From NCBI RefSeq assembly GCF_018350175.1, contig NC_058368.1:183770001-183834000 (forward strand): a DNA stretch of 64,000 nt, given 5' to 3'. The translations under genes were made by a program, and so were the position numbers. The notes under the pieces were generated by a model. It ran no database searches. It had not been told where the DNA came from and worked only from the letters and a program-made list of their open reading frames with translations. The stretch comes from Felis catus (lineage: Eukaryota). Shown here piece after piece: positions 34,649 through 46,236 of this stretch. Numbering within the stretch: the stretch's first letter is position 1; each line of letters starts with the position of its first letter.

Positions 34649-37600
34649 AAATTGGAAGCATCAGAAAATGTAGCAGAAATATGCCCTATTGTTCTGTAGA
34701 AAGCAGAACTATTAAGCAATGAACCTGGATATTTAGCAGAGACTTCCTAGGTAAGTGTTTCAGTGCAGCCCCATTTCTTCTTACTGCTTATAGTAAATGC
34801 TAGAGCAAAACTGAAAAAGCAAAACTGAAGGAAGAAAGTGGTAAACAAAAATAAACCAGAACTTGACGATTTGGGAAATTCTCAGCCTCTTCAGATTGCA
34901 AAAGATTCTAAACTTGAGATTTACTGTGAGGAAAATGAACTCTGAATATAAAGCTAGGGGTGTGGTTGGACAACCATTGGCTACTTCTTAAAGTACTTAA
35001 AACAATCTTTGCCACTTAAAACAATCAAAAGTTCAGAGTACTCTCTCACAGAGGGCTCCTTAAAGAACATAAGCATGTGACTCAGGGATCCACTCAACCA
35101 TCGGAGCAGAAGCCACAAATAAAGATGGGATTATTCAGAAAAGACGTATGAAGGACTCTCTTATCTATTACTGTACATCTCTGTGATATAGGGGATCCTG
35201 GAGACATACAGGATTTGAGGAATATTTACCAGCAGACACACTGCCATCTTGGCCTAAAAGGGACAAAGAGGGGATAAAATGAAAGAAATATAACTCCAAG
35301 TGGAGAGATGCCAGAGCCATGTATACATGAGTAAAGGGCAGATGTGTGTACACAGAGGCCAGAGTCATGGGCCGAAAGAGCTCCTCAAACCACATAGGAT
35401 TATTCTCAGTTCTTGAAATCTAATGAACACTGCCTATTTGGATCTTGAAATTGCTCTGGGGCTTGTGACTCCTTTTTTCCTTAAATTTCCCTCCTTTTGG
35501 ACTGGGAAAGCAGATAACTGTTATCCTAGACCTGTCTCACCACTGTATTTTAGGAACAGATAACTTGTTTCCTAGTTCACAGATCTAGAAATTGATTAGA
35601 ATTTTGCCACAGATGGGATCATATTCAGATTGCAACTCATTTTTGAGTTATTTAGATGGTGCAATTTGAGACTTTTGAGCTCATGATATTTAGATGAGAT
35701 TTCATACTTGAGGTAATACTCTAAGTAGTTGAGACTTCTGTTGATGTTGGGATGGGATGGATATATTTTGCATGTGGGATGGATGGGAATCATTCTTGGC
35801 CAGACAGTGGACCATGGCAGGCTGAATAATGTCCTCACCCAAAAGATGTCCATATCCTAATCCCTTGTGTCTGTGAATTTTACCTTTTATAACAAAAGAG
35901 ACTTTAGAGATGTTATTAAATTCAGGATCTTTAAATGGAGAGATTATTCTGGAGTTGCCAGAATGTCCTTAATTATAATCACAAGTGTTCTTACAAGAGA
36001 GAGGCAAAGATAAACTGTGGACATGAGAGAGGGGACAATGTGACCATGGAGGCAGAAATTGGAGTGATATAACCACATGAAAAGGAATGCTGGTCATCAG
36101 TGGAAAATGGAAGAGGAGAAAACAGATTCTCTCCAATAGCTTCCAGGGGGAAGGTGGCCCTGCCGAGATCTTGATTTCATCCCAGCAATATCAATTTTCA
36201 ATTTGCAACTTCCAAAACCGTTAAAGAATAAACTGTTGATTTTAGCCACCCAGTTTGTAATTGAGAAAGTAGGGGAGAAAGTTTTTTTTTTTAATTTTAA
36301 ATAGAAATTAGGGAATGAAGGTCTCATTGATAATCTGACACATGAACACTAGTTATTTACTCATGTTACTTTTCTTTCCTGCCCTCTATGCATCGTAATT
36401 CTAAGAAATGTTTTGGTAGATTCCATGTAGGGACATCTGACAAAGGGTTTTATTTGCCCCACTGAAGTAACTGCAACATTGAAAACAAACATAGCTCTAC
36501 ACTCAAATTTTCTAAAACAATATCAAATATGAATTTGATCACATTGTGACTCCTCCTCTCCAGGCAAACAAGTCTCAGTCTTCTATATGAAAGTATAAAT
36601 TTAGTCAAGGGAATTTGTTGCAATGAGATACAACCAGTTCATAATAGCAAAAGCAGTGCACTTTAAAAAAAAAAAAAAAACAGTGCACTTATGACAGGCA
36701 TATCCACCCACTGGCATAGGAAAAAGTCTCGAACTTGGTCAAATCATCATTTAAGTCATTTGGCTGACTGGCTAGACCCAAAATCCAGTAAACATGTCCT
36801 TGGACTCCATGCATAAGGCTTTGAGGACTTCTACTCCTGCTGGGAAAGCTGCAGGTCATTACCACATAAAACTGCCTCTGCTGTGACATATTTCAAATTA
36901 GTATTTTTTTCTTCTCTTCCCTCCATCCGTTTCCAGACTACTGGTGCCCTTCCCACTGTGCATAAAATTAAGCATTAGATGGCTGCTTAGTAATCATGAT
37001 GTGGTTTGTTTGTTTATTTTTGGAAGTGCATATAGGGGGTGCTTTTACAATTATCTTTATTCTCTGTAATTAATTTCCAGAGCATTAAATGTAAATTAGC
37101 CCTCTGTGTGAAGTGTCAGGGCTATCACCTAAGCGAAGAAAGAGGTTCAACTTCCCAAACTGTGGGAGAATTTTCTCTACCTCATTCTATTAACTCATTG
37201 TGGAGGGAAGCGCCAATGTTAAAAAAGAGAACAGGAAAATTTTAGGAAGCTGATCTTGCCCTCTCTGGCTTTACCTCCTCCCGAACTCATAACTGCTTTC
37301 TACAGCTTGTGGTAAATCCTCAGAGGACCAGCACAAGATGCTGCAGTACAAAGTAAGTTAAGATCTAAATTTCCAGTAGGTCAGAAAGCCCTACCTTGAT
37401 TACTATTAACCTCAGTGGTCAGTTTATTCAGAGCAGAGCACGGAGCAATTTCAAATGCACAATGAGCACAGGTGCCTGAATGTGCTTAGAATTTCTTCAG
37501 CATTTTAAAGCAGACTTCAACAATTTCTACATGAAAACCACAGAGTAAAACACTACTGGAAAAGCAATGTGAAAATTTTAGTCACTACAGTTGCCCTTTC

Positions 37601-38253
37601 TTTTACAATGAACTGATATGAATTGCACACATTGAGTATGATTAATGTACAACAAATCTTGTTGAATATGCCATGTTACGTGCAAGTTTCTGAAGTAATC
37701 TTTTCATTTTAGTCACTGGATTTGTGAATCGAAGATGTGACTATCCACAGGAAGAATCGAGATTAGTTACTCGTCACTTTTTCCCTTGCCAATGTACCAA
37801 ATATGTTGCTAAAATGTATATTTAGACGAGGAGATAGCCTTAAATAATGTTAACATTTAAAACCCACATTTCTTGCACTTGATCATGTGATTAAAGGAAC
37901 TCTTTGGTCTCACTGGTAAACAAATATTAGCCTTACAAACACAGGACCAGTTTCCTAAATGTATGTCACCCAAATGCAGTATTTGTCTTAGAGGTATTTT
38001 CAATTTTATTCTAAATGCTTTGTAACATTTTGTTACACAAATCAATACTAAAGTTCAGACAGAATCTTTTGGGAAAAAAAACCTTATGTCAATTCTTTGC
38101 CTTTATCTTTGCTCCTATCTTTATCCAAATATGTTTCAATTATATAAATCACAGTAGGCACAACGATATAACAAACATTACAAAGTAAAAGATGACCTCT
38201 TTGTTAGCATGCAAGCATCTTCAAAATGAAGGCATATTGAGAGGCTAGGCAGA

Positions 38254-38480
38254 GGGGCGCCTGGGTGGCTCAGTTAAGCATCCAACTCTTGATTTCGGCT
38301 CAGGTCATGATCGCGCAGTTTGTGGGTCCAAGCCACGCACTGGGCTCTGTGATGACAGCAATGGAGCCTGCTTAGGATTCACTCCTTCTCTCTATTCCTC
38401 TCCTGTCCGTGGAGGTGGACGTGAACGTGCGCACACACACGTGCTTACTCTCTCACACAATAAATAAACTTAAAAAAAAA
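38254..38480 (+). mobile_element. Carnivore SINEC
   Basis: GGGGCGCCTGGGTGGCTCAG head and AATAAATAAACTTAAAA tail. Confidence 0.95.
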
Positions 38481-38519
38481 AGGCTCGGTGGAAAGTGACT
38501 AATCAACTATAGAATACAG

Positions 38520-38740
38520 CTGCCATATCTCTGGTTTGAAATGTATTAAGACCTTGCGTTCTGGATCCCTGTCCTGCCACTTGCTGGAGATGTGACGTCA
38601 GGCCAATTATTTAACTTCCATAAACCTTGGTTTCTTCACTCATTAGGAAAAGATAAGTGATAGTTATCTACTTACTAGAATGGCTATAAGGATTTAGATT
38701 ATGTACAGTCTGGTATATAATAACTCAATAAATATTAGTC
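38520..38740 (+). mobile_element. MIR
   Basis: CTGCCACTTGCTGGAGATGTGACGTCAGGCCAATTATTTAACTTCCATAAACCTTGGTTTCTTCA core; CTCAATAAATATTAG end. Confidence 0.8.
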
Positions 38741-38817
38741 ATTAACACTGTCTTTCCATGGTACCTAGATAACCCTGGAATATATTAAATCTAGATGTCA
38801 CCTTAGAAATCATGCAG

Positions 38818-39058
38818 TATGGGAGCCACAAACCCAAATGGCTTCAAAGCGCAGATGGTTTTAACATAAAAAGTACAACAGCTAGTGTGCAAAGGGACTC
38901 AACGGTGACCTGGGCATGGTATAGGGAGCTGTTCTACCTAAAAGTTAAAATACCCCCAACTCCCTGCTTCATCTGCACCCTCCTCCTCTAATATGTACAG
39001 ATTAAACAGAATACATAAAAGCCAAATTGCCCTATGGTTACTGGTGTATAGTCCCTGA
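38818..39058. mobile_element. MER102-like hAT fragment
   Basis: GCCACAAACCCAAATGGCTTCA...TAACATAAA start resembles recalled MER102; weak. Confidence 0.35.
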
Positions 39059-40860
39059 TTTAATATCAAACCCTTCATTTTACACAGCATAAAATGGAGA
39101 CCTGGAAAGGCGGTATAAACCAAATTTGTATGATTATACCTAATGGTGAGAGTTCATACCACCTCACTCATTTTCAAGGCAGTCTTCTTCACTATGAATA
39201 ACCTGACCACATATATAACATTTTATTTGTAATCTTAAAGAAAGTGGCTATATGCTGCATCTTTCTATGAACCCTAAAGCAAACCACATCTTGTAGTTTT
39301 CCTAGAGCTACTGCATCTCTCACAGCAATTTAGGGAGCAATCTAGAAAACCTAAGAGAAGAAAAGTGGCCTTATTCTAAGACATTATTTAGTGGATCATT
39401 TGCTATTAACATCTTAAATGTATATAACATATGGTTCTCAGTTTAAGATTAAGGATGAAACATTTGCCTAATGTTACTGTTTCAATCTGCTTTAATAACT
39501 GAGGTCCTACATTTTGCTCGTAATAACTTTGCCACTAGGTGGAAACCTTTAAAAGATGATGGCTGTTTCTTTTTCTACAGTATCAGATTAAACTCTAACA
39601 TACAGACATTATAATAAGTTTAAAAGTTTTGTTCCTCTGAATGAAAAAAAAAAACCAAACAAACAAACACAGGCTCTAAGAGGCTCTGAAACAACTGGAA
39701 ATTTAGTTCAATTTAAGTCTAAATTATCTTTAAAAGTATTTTTTGAAAGCAGCCATTCAAGGACATACATTTGCTAAAAGTTTAAAATGAAGTTCAGTTC
39801 AAAAGCATTTGGAAAAACCTTCTTTTTGATTTTGTCCATTTTGCATATCTTGTGCTATGCCTTAAAATGATTTTATTTTGCACTCTCCAATAATTTTGTA
39901 TAACAGCATACTAAAATCATCCACATGTGCTTCAGAGGTTCATTAGGCATTTACCTATATATTTATTTGATTTAGACACTGGAGCACTTGGCTTTCCATC
40001 TCTCATGAAATTGCCTGTTTATGCTCTCAGCTGGATTCAACCTTAGAGAAGCCAAAACAAGCACCCTTGGCAGTGCATATAGCTTCCACTGCCATAATTT
40101 TAGCTAAAAGTCTGCCTTGCCCCATTATTAAAATGAAAATAAAATTAAAAAAAAATTAAGCATATACATATCCTTATGTATTCGTATTCATCTACTCTGA
40201 CCCTAAAGCTTCTTGCATTTATTATCTAACCAAAACATCAAAATCTACATTGTTAAGTTGAAATCCATTAAAGCATTATAGTTCTAGAAGCAGGAAATAG
40301 CTGACCCAGATTCTGGAATAATTTCTTGGGACTCTTTAGAACACATCGTAACATCTATCTGTTACTGAAGCACATAAGCTAACTGTGGGACTGGGTTTTT
40401 TCAATATATTTGCAGAAGATTTGAGGGTAGCTTAATCTTATTCTCAGAGCCACACTACCAAAAGTATAATTAAAGCTAATAGTTCATAATGTCTGAGCAG
40501 AATCTGGGCGAACAAGGGAGAATTGTTCCCCACAGTTGAGTTTTGTACAGCTAACTGGTAGCATTCAGGAATGTTCTGACCATTCCTGTCTAGCATCAGG
40601 CAATAACTTCTGCTGACAGCAAGTGAACAGATTTGATGGGTCATATTGAATCTGAAAGGGAAATGTCATTTTCCCGAATGTGCCCAGGACCCTTTCAGGA
40701 TGTCTGAAAGAGCTTACTTTGGGGATGGGATATATAAACTATCTCTAACCATCCATTAATCAAATGCCTATTTAAGGGGGAATCTGTCATATTAAGTCTA
40801 TGTGCAAATGTTGATTCAAATAGCCCAATGAAGGAAAAATTTGAAATATCTTTGATTTTA

Positions 40861-41081
40861 GGGGCGCCTGGGTGGCGCAGTCGGTTAAGCGTCCGACTTC
40901 AGCCAGGTCACGATCTCGCGGTCTGTGGGTTTGAGCCCCGCGTCGGGCTCTGGGCTGATGGCTCAGAGCCTGGAGCCTGTTTCCTATTCTGTGTCTCCCT
41001 CTCTCTCTGCCCCTCGCCCGTTCATGCTCTGTCTCTCTCTGTCCCAAAAATAAATAAACGTTGAAAAAAAATTAAAAAAAA
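40861..41081 (+). mobile_element. Young feline SINEC_Fc
   Basis: Perfect 18-bp TSD GAAATATCTTTGATTTTA at 40843-40860 and 41082-41099. Confidence 0.97.
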
Positions 41082-41444
41082 GAAATATCTTTGATTTTAG
41101 AATCATGGTATTTTAGAATGAGAAGAATTTTTGAATTAAATGCAATAAGTTATCTTATTTTTCCAAATGAGAAGGAGAAAATCTGGAAAAATCAAATTCT
41201 TTTCACAAAATTCAGAATTGGAACCTGGTTCTTTTGAATCTTAATCTAGAGATCATGCCAGAATACCTGAACACTTTACTCCATTTGGTTTCTGTTATTT
41301 ATATGCAAGAGCATTTCAAACCTAGTTGCATAGAATCATAGGGCAGGGTGAAAAATCAAAAAAACACTGATAAAAAATACTGATGAACAGGCCCCAATGC
41401 AGACCAATTAAACAAAATAGAATCTCCAAAGTAAGGCCCTGACA

Positions 41445-41447
<3 letters not shown>

Positions 41448-41515
<68 letters not shown>
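41448..41515. repeat. (GT)n microsatellite inside a MER5-like relic
   Basis: GT run with one interruption; flanks CAGACCAATTAAAC.AAATAGAATCTC and TGATTCTAAAATGCAG..GGTTGAGAA resemble MER5B. Confidence 0.9.
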
Positions 41516-41517
<2 letters not shown>

Positions 41518-41687
41518 TTAATTCCCAAGATGATTCTAAAATGCAGGATGGTTGAGAAGCCAGTGGCTCATACTTTGGTCATGTTTATCAGAAAATAAGC
41601 AAACAGATGCTATGTCCTGTCCTATTCTCCTCAGTGCCTGGACAGACAGTTCCTTACCTTCCAGGCTCCTCAACCAAAACTCACTTT

Positions 41688-41967
41688 TTAAAATTAATCA
41701 ATTATTATTATTTTTCCTAATTTACATCCAAGTTAGTAAGCATGTAGTGCAACAATGATGTCAGGAGTAGACTGCTTATGCCCCTTACCCATTTAGCCCA
41801 CCCTCTCTCCCACTACCCCTCCAGCAACCCTCTGTTTGTTCTCTACATTTAAGAGTCTTTTATGTTCTGTCCTCCTCCCCATTTTTATATTATTTTTGCT
41901 TCCCTTCCCTTATGTTCATCTGTTTTGTATATTAAATTCCTCTAGTTCTATCCATGTGTTGCAAATG
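41688..41967 (-). mobile_element. 5'-truncated feline/carnivore L1 3' end
   Basis: AATTTACATCCAAGTTAG reverse terminus; TSD CCAAAACT(c/t)ACTTT at 41674-41687 and 41968-41981. Confidence 0.9.
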
Positions 41968-41998
41968 CCAAAACTTACTTTCTTGAGAAATGCTTCAA

Positions 41999-42470
41999 AA
42001 TAAAGAAGTGGTATATATATATATGGAGTATTACTTGGCAATCAAAAAGAATGAAATCTTGCCATTTGCAATAACATGGTTGGAACTAGAATGTATTATG
42101 CTGAGCAAAATTAGAGAAAGACAAATATATGACTTCACTCATATGTGCAATTTAAGACACAAAACAGATGAACATAAGGGAAGGGAAGAAAAAATAATAT
42201 AAGAACAGAGAGGGGGACAAAACATAAGAGACTCTTAAATATAGAGAACAAACTGAGGATTGCTGAAGGGGTTGTGGTGGGGGGGATGGGCTAAATAGGC
42301 AAGGGGCATTAAGGAAGACACATATTAGGATGAGCACAGGGTATTATATGTAGGGAATGCATCACTGGAATCTACTCCTGAAATCATTATTACAGTATAT
42401 GCTAACTAACTTGGATGTAAACTTAAAAAATAAATCAAATAAATAAATTAATTAATAAATAAACAAACAA
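41999..42470 (+). mobile_element. 5'-truncated feline/carnivore L1 3' end
   Basis: MEYYLAIKKNEILPFAITWLELE ORF2 C-terminal peptide, 3'UTR ending CTAACTTGGATGTAAAC and A-rich tail. Confidence 0.92.
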
Positions 42471-42568
42471 AAATACAAATATTTTCTCATAGGATAAAAT
42501 GATGCATATAAAAACTATTTCCCTAGAGCAATTTATAAAATTTTACGTGTAACTACTAAAGTTTTAAT

Positions 42569-42950
42569 ATATTTTTAATATATATGTTAATATATATAAT
42601 ATATATTTATATTAAAATTTATATATGATTTTTATATAAATTATATAATTATATATAATTAAAATATATATTACAAATATAGTTTAATGAATATTCATAT
42701 ATGTATATATATGTATATATATATGTATATATGTGTGTATATATATATATATGTTCATTTATTTTTAGAGAGAGAGAGAGAGAGCATGGGTAAGGGAAGG
42801 GCAGAAAGAGAGGGAGAGAGAGAATCGCAAGAAGTCTCCACACCGTCAATGTGGACCCCAACACAGGACTTGATCCCACAAACCACAACATCATGACCTG
42901 AGCAGAAATCAAGAGTTGGACGCTTAACCAACTGAGCCACCTGGCGCCTC
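42569..42950 (-). mobile_element. Carnivore SINEC whose tail has become an AT-rich microsatellite
   Basis: TSD CTACTAAAGTTTTAAT at 42553-42568 and 42952-42967. Confidence 0.93.
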
Positions 42951-43447
42951 TCTACTAAAGTTTTAATGTCTTATTTTGCCCAGGAGTATTTGCATTTTAG
43001 AAGAAAAATAATAGAAACAGAGCTGAAACTAAAGGGAAGATTTTGGACTGTGAAAGGTATTTAGGGGGAGAGACCTTCCTAAAACCTCTAAAATGATACC
43101 ATATTTACTTTATAATCCTGATTCTGTCATCATATTTTGTACCACTATTTACTTGGTACCATCATATCAATAACCCCTCACTTCCTATAAGTTTATGAGT
43201 GATAAGGTACCAGTCATCAAATGCTATTTTCTAAGTACTACATTTAGTCATCACAATTAAGATCCTCCTTCCTAGGAAGCAGATATCATTATCCCATGTA
43301 GGATATGGGAACATTGATCAAAGGGTTAACTGGCTACAGTTATTCATCTACTCTGCAGTAGGACGAGGGCTCAAAATCATTTCTATCTCACTCTACAGCA
43401 AATGTACTTTAAGATATCATGTTTTACAAAGTCCAGAATGATCAGGA

Positions 43448-43468
43448 TCAAACAAAACAAAACAAAAC

Positions 43469-43498
<30 letters not shown>
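43448..43498. repeat. (CAAAA)n microsatellite
   Basis: About ten tandem CAAAA units. Confidence 0.95.
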
Positions 43499-43499
<1 letters not shown>

Positions 43500-44409
43500 A
43501 TCTATGTGGAGCCAGATAAATGAATCAGTTTCACATTCCCAGTATTTATATAATCTGATATATGCCTTCAGTAGATTTCTATCAAAATTTAAATATTTAA
43601 CTGGCCCTAGACACACAATAGTTAACACCTTGGATAAACAGTGCTATAGTTTCTCTAACACCTTGCAAAAATGAAACTTCTACATACTGTTTCTGGAAGA
43701 GCAATTTGCTTTTCACACACAGCTCTGTTAAGTCCCTTGTTTGTCCTCAGAGAAATTTCCAAAAGAATGGTGTATTCACAGAACACAAAACTTCAGTAGT
43801 ACAGTCAGGTACACACTTCAAAAGGTCTTTGGCACCTCCTGCGCCTCTAGCGTAATTGACGACCTCCTGACCCAATGCTCCCCCCACCCCGGGGGCGCGC
43901 AGGTGCACTGGAGATGACTTGGACAGATATCCCTGGTGTCAAACTGAGAGCCTGCAGTTTGCATGTCAGACTTGTTCTGGTCTTTGGCCACCACCCTGCG
44001 CACTGTGGGCAGAATGCAGATGACCTCCTGAAAGTGAAGAAATTCTCAGAGAACTTTGGACAGCAAGTTAAAAGGTTCTTCTCTTGTGTGATGGTGAAGG
44101 TGGGAGGTTGACTGGTGTAAATCCGTCACTCCTCATGTCTGTAGCCCGACAAGGTTCTATGACTTGTCCTGAAATCACCACGGCATCCCCTCAATGGTCT
44201 GGCCACCAGCCGGGTGCAGAAACGAAGGGCATCCTTAGCGGCAGAAACGCAGCCGCACTTTCGGCATACAGTGTAATACTGGCCCTTCCTACTTCTTTCT
44301 CCTCCTCCTCTTCTGCATCCTCAGCAACTCTTTACCTGCCTCTCTGTGTTGTTGTTTTTTTAACCTCCCTCCCACCTCCTGCCAAATTAATTCTGCTTGG
44401 ATTTTTGTC

Positions 44410-44636
44410 TTTTTTTTTTAATTTTTAAAAATGTTTATTTTTTGAGAGACGGAGAGAGACAGAGTGTGAGCGGGGAGGGGCAGAGAGAGAGAGAGAGAAA
44501 GGCACAGAATCTGTAGAGGTTCCAGGCTCTCAGCTGTCAGCACAGAGCCCGACGCAGGGCTCAAACTCACAAGTAGTGAGATCATGACCTGAGCTGAAGT
44601 CAGATGCTTGACCCACTGAGCCACCCAGGCACCCCC
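44410..44636 (-). mobile_element. Feline SINEC
   Basis: Reverse head CTGAGCCACCCAGGCACCCC, GA tract, T-rich tail. Confidence 0.95.
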
Positions 44637-45228
44637 TGTCTTGTTTATAAAATTAAAATCACCCGGGGGGGGGGGAGAGTACTTTACTCTTCAAAATTGT
44701 ATTTGCTGTGTAGGATTTACATGCTTAAATTTACAAAAAGCTGATAAAAAATAAAAGAAAAACTTTTCCTCAAAAAAGAATAAAAATAACATCTTTATGT
44801 ATTGAAAGACAACATAACAAAGATGTCAATTCAACATAAGTTGATCTATATAGGTTTAATGCAATTTCTATCAAAATCTCAGCAAGATATGGACACACAC
44901 TCTTCTAAATAGAAATGTCCATTAGACATTAGACATTAGAAATGGACACACTTTTCTGAAATTTATCTGGAAAGGCACAAACCCTAAAATAGATCAAACA
45001 ATATTGAAAAAAGAAGAGTATGGGAGGAATCAAATATTAAAGTATGCTATGTGGCTACATGAATCAAGATAACATGGAATTGGTGGAGGAATAGACATGG
45101 ATCAAAGAAACAAAATAGAGAACAGAAATAGACCCAAACGAATAGGCCCAGCTAATTACAGACAAAAGAGCAAAAGCACTTCAATAGGGGAAACAATTCA
45201 ATTTGTCTTTTTGATAAACAGTGCTGGA

Positions 45229-45439
45229 GGGGCGCCCGGGTGGCTCAGTCGGTTGAGCGTCCGACTTCGGCTCGGGTCATGATCTCACAGTTCGTGAGTT
45301 CAAGCCCCTCGTCCGGCTCTGTGCTGACAGCTCAGAGCCTGGAGCCTGCTTCAGATTCTGCGTCTCCCTCTCTCTCTGTCCCATCCTCACTCATGCTCTG
45401 TCTCTGTCTTAAAAATAAATAAATAAAATATAAAAAAAA
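45229..45439 (+). mobile_element. Feline SINEC
   Basis: Head, CT tract, tail; TSD AGTGCTGGA on both sides. Confidence 0.96.
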
Positions 45440-46236
45440 TAGTGCTGGAAAAGTTAGACAACTATAGGTAACTCAAACAATCTACCAACCAACCTCAGTC
45501 TAAGTTTCACACCTTGTACAAAAATTAACTCAAAATGGATCACAGACTTAAAATGTAAAAACAAGATTTTAGAAAAAATAGGAGAAAATCTTTAGATCTA
45601 GGAGTAGGGAGAGAGTTTTAAATTTGACGCCAAAAACATGATTCAAAAAAGGAAAAATAAATAAGTTGGACCTCTTCAAAATTAAATGCGTTTGCTCTGC
45701 AACAGACCCTATAAAAAGGAGGAAAAAACAAGTCTCTCTGCTTCTTTCTCTCACATACGCATGTGCAAACGCACACACACACACACATATAAGAAACAGA
45801 ATGGGAGAAAATATTTGTGAATCCTTTATACAACAAAGAACTAGTGTTTAGAGTATACAAAGATTTCTCAAAACCCTGCAATACAAAAAAAGAAAGAAAA
45901 TGAGCAAAAGACATGAACAATGGAGAAACATTTCACCAAAGACGATAGCGAACAAAAAAGATATTCAACTTTATTTGCTTGAAGGAAACAAATGAAACTA
46001 GTAAGATATTACATATTAGAATACCAAAAATGAAATCAAATGGTGGTGAGAATGAAGAGAAACTAGATCATTAATATGTTGCTGATGAGGATGTAAAATG
46101 GCACACCCATTTGGCAAATAGTTTAGAAGTATTTGAAATATAATTAGCAGTCTCTTATAAGACTAAGCACGTAACTACCATGTGATCCAGCATTTGCACA
46201 CTTGAGGATTATACCAGAAATATGAAAGTTGTTTTT

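Larger units (their letters stand above)
33316..36262 (+). mobile_element. Near-complete MaLR provirus: MLT1(C/D)-type 5'LTR, MLT1-int, 3'LTR
   Basis: 5'LTR about 33316-34317 (split by two SINEs), internal region starting GATTTTGACACTCAGAGTGGGGTGCTGCTGTAACAAA (34318-35811), second LTR starting ATGGCAGGCTGAATAATG...AAAGATGTCCATATCCTAATCCC (35812-36262). Confidence 0.85.

Noticed and set aside
34995..35026. Direct repeat ACTTAAAACAATC inside MLT1-int (similar short duplications at 30530 and 56202)
   Set aside because: Ordinary slippage-scale duplications without further structure
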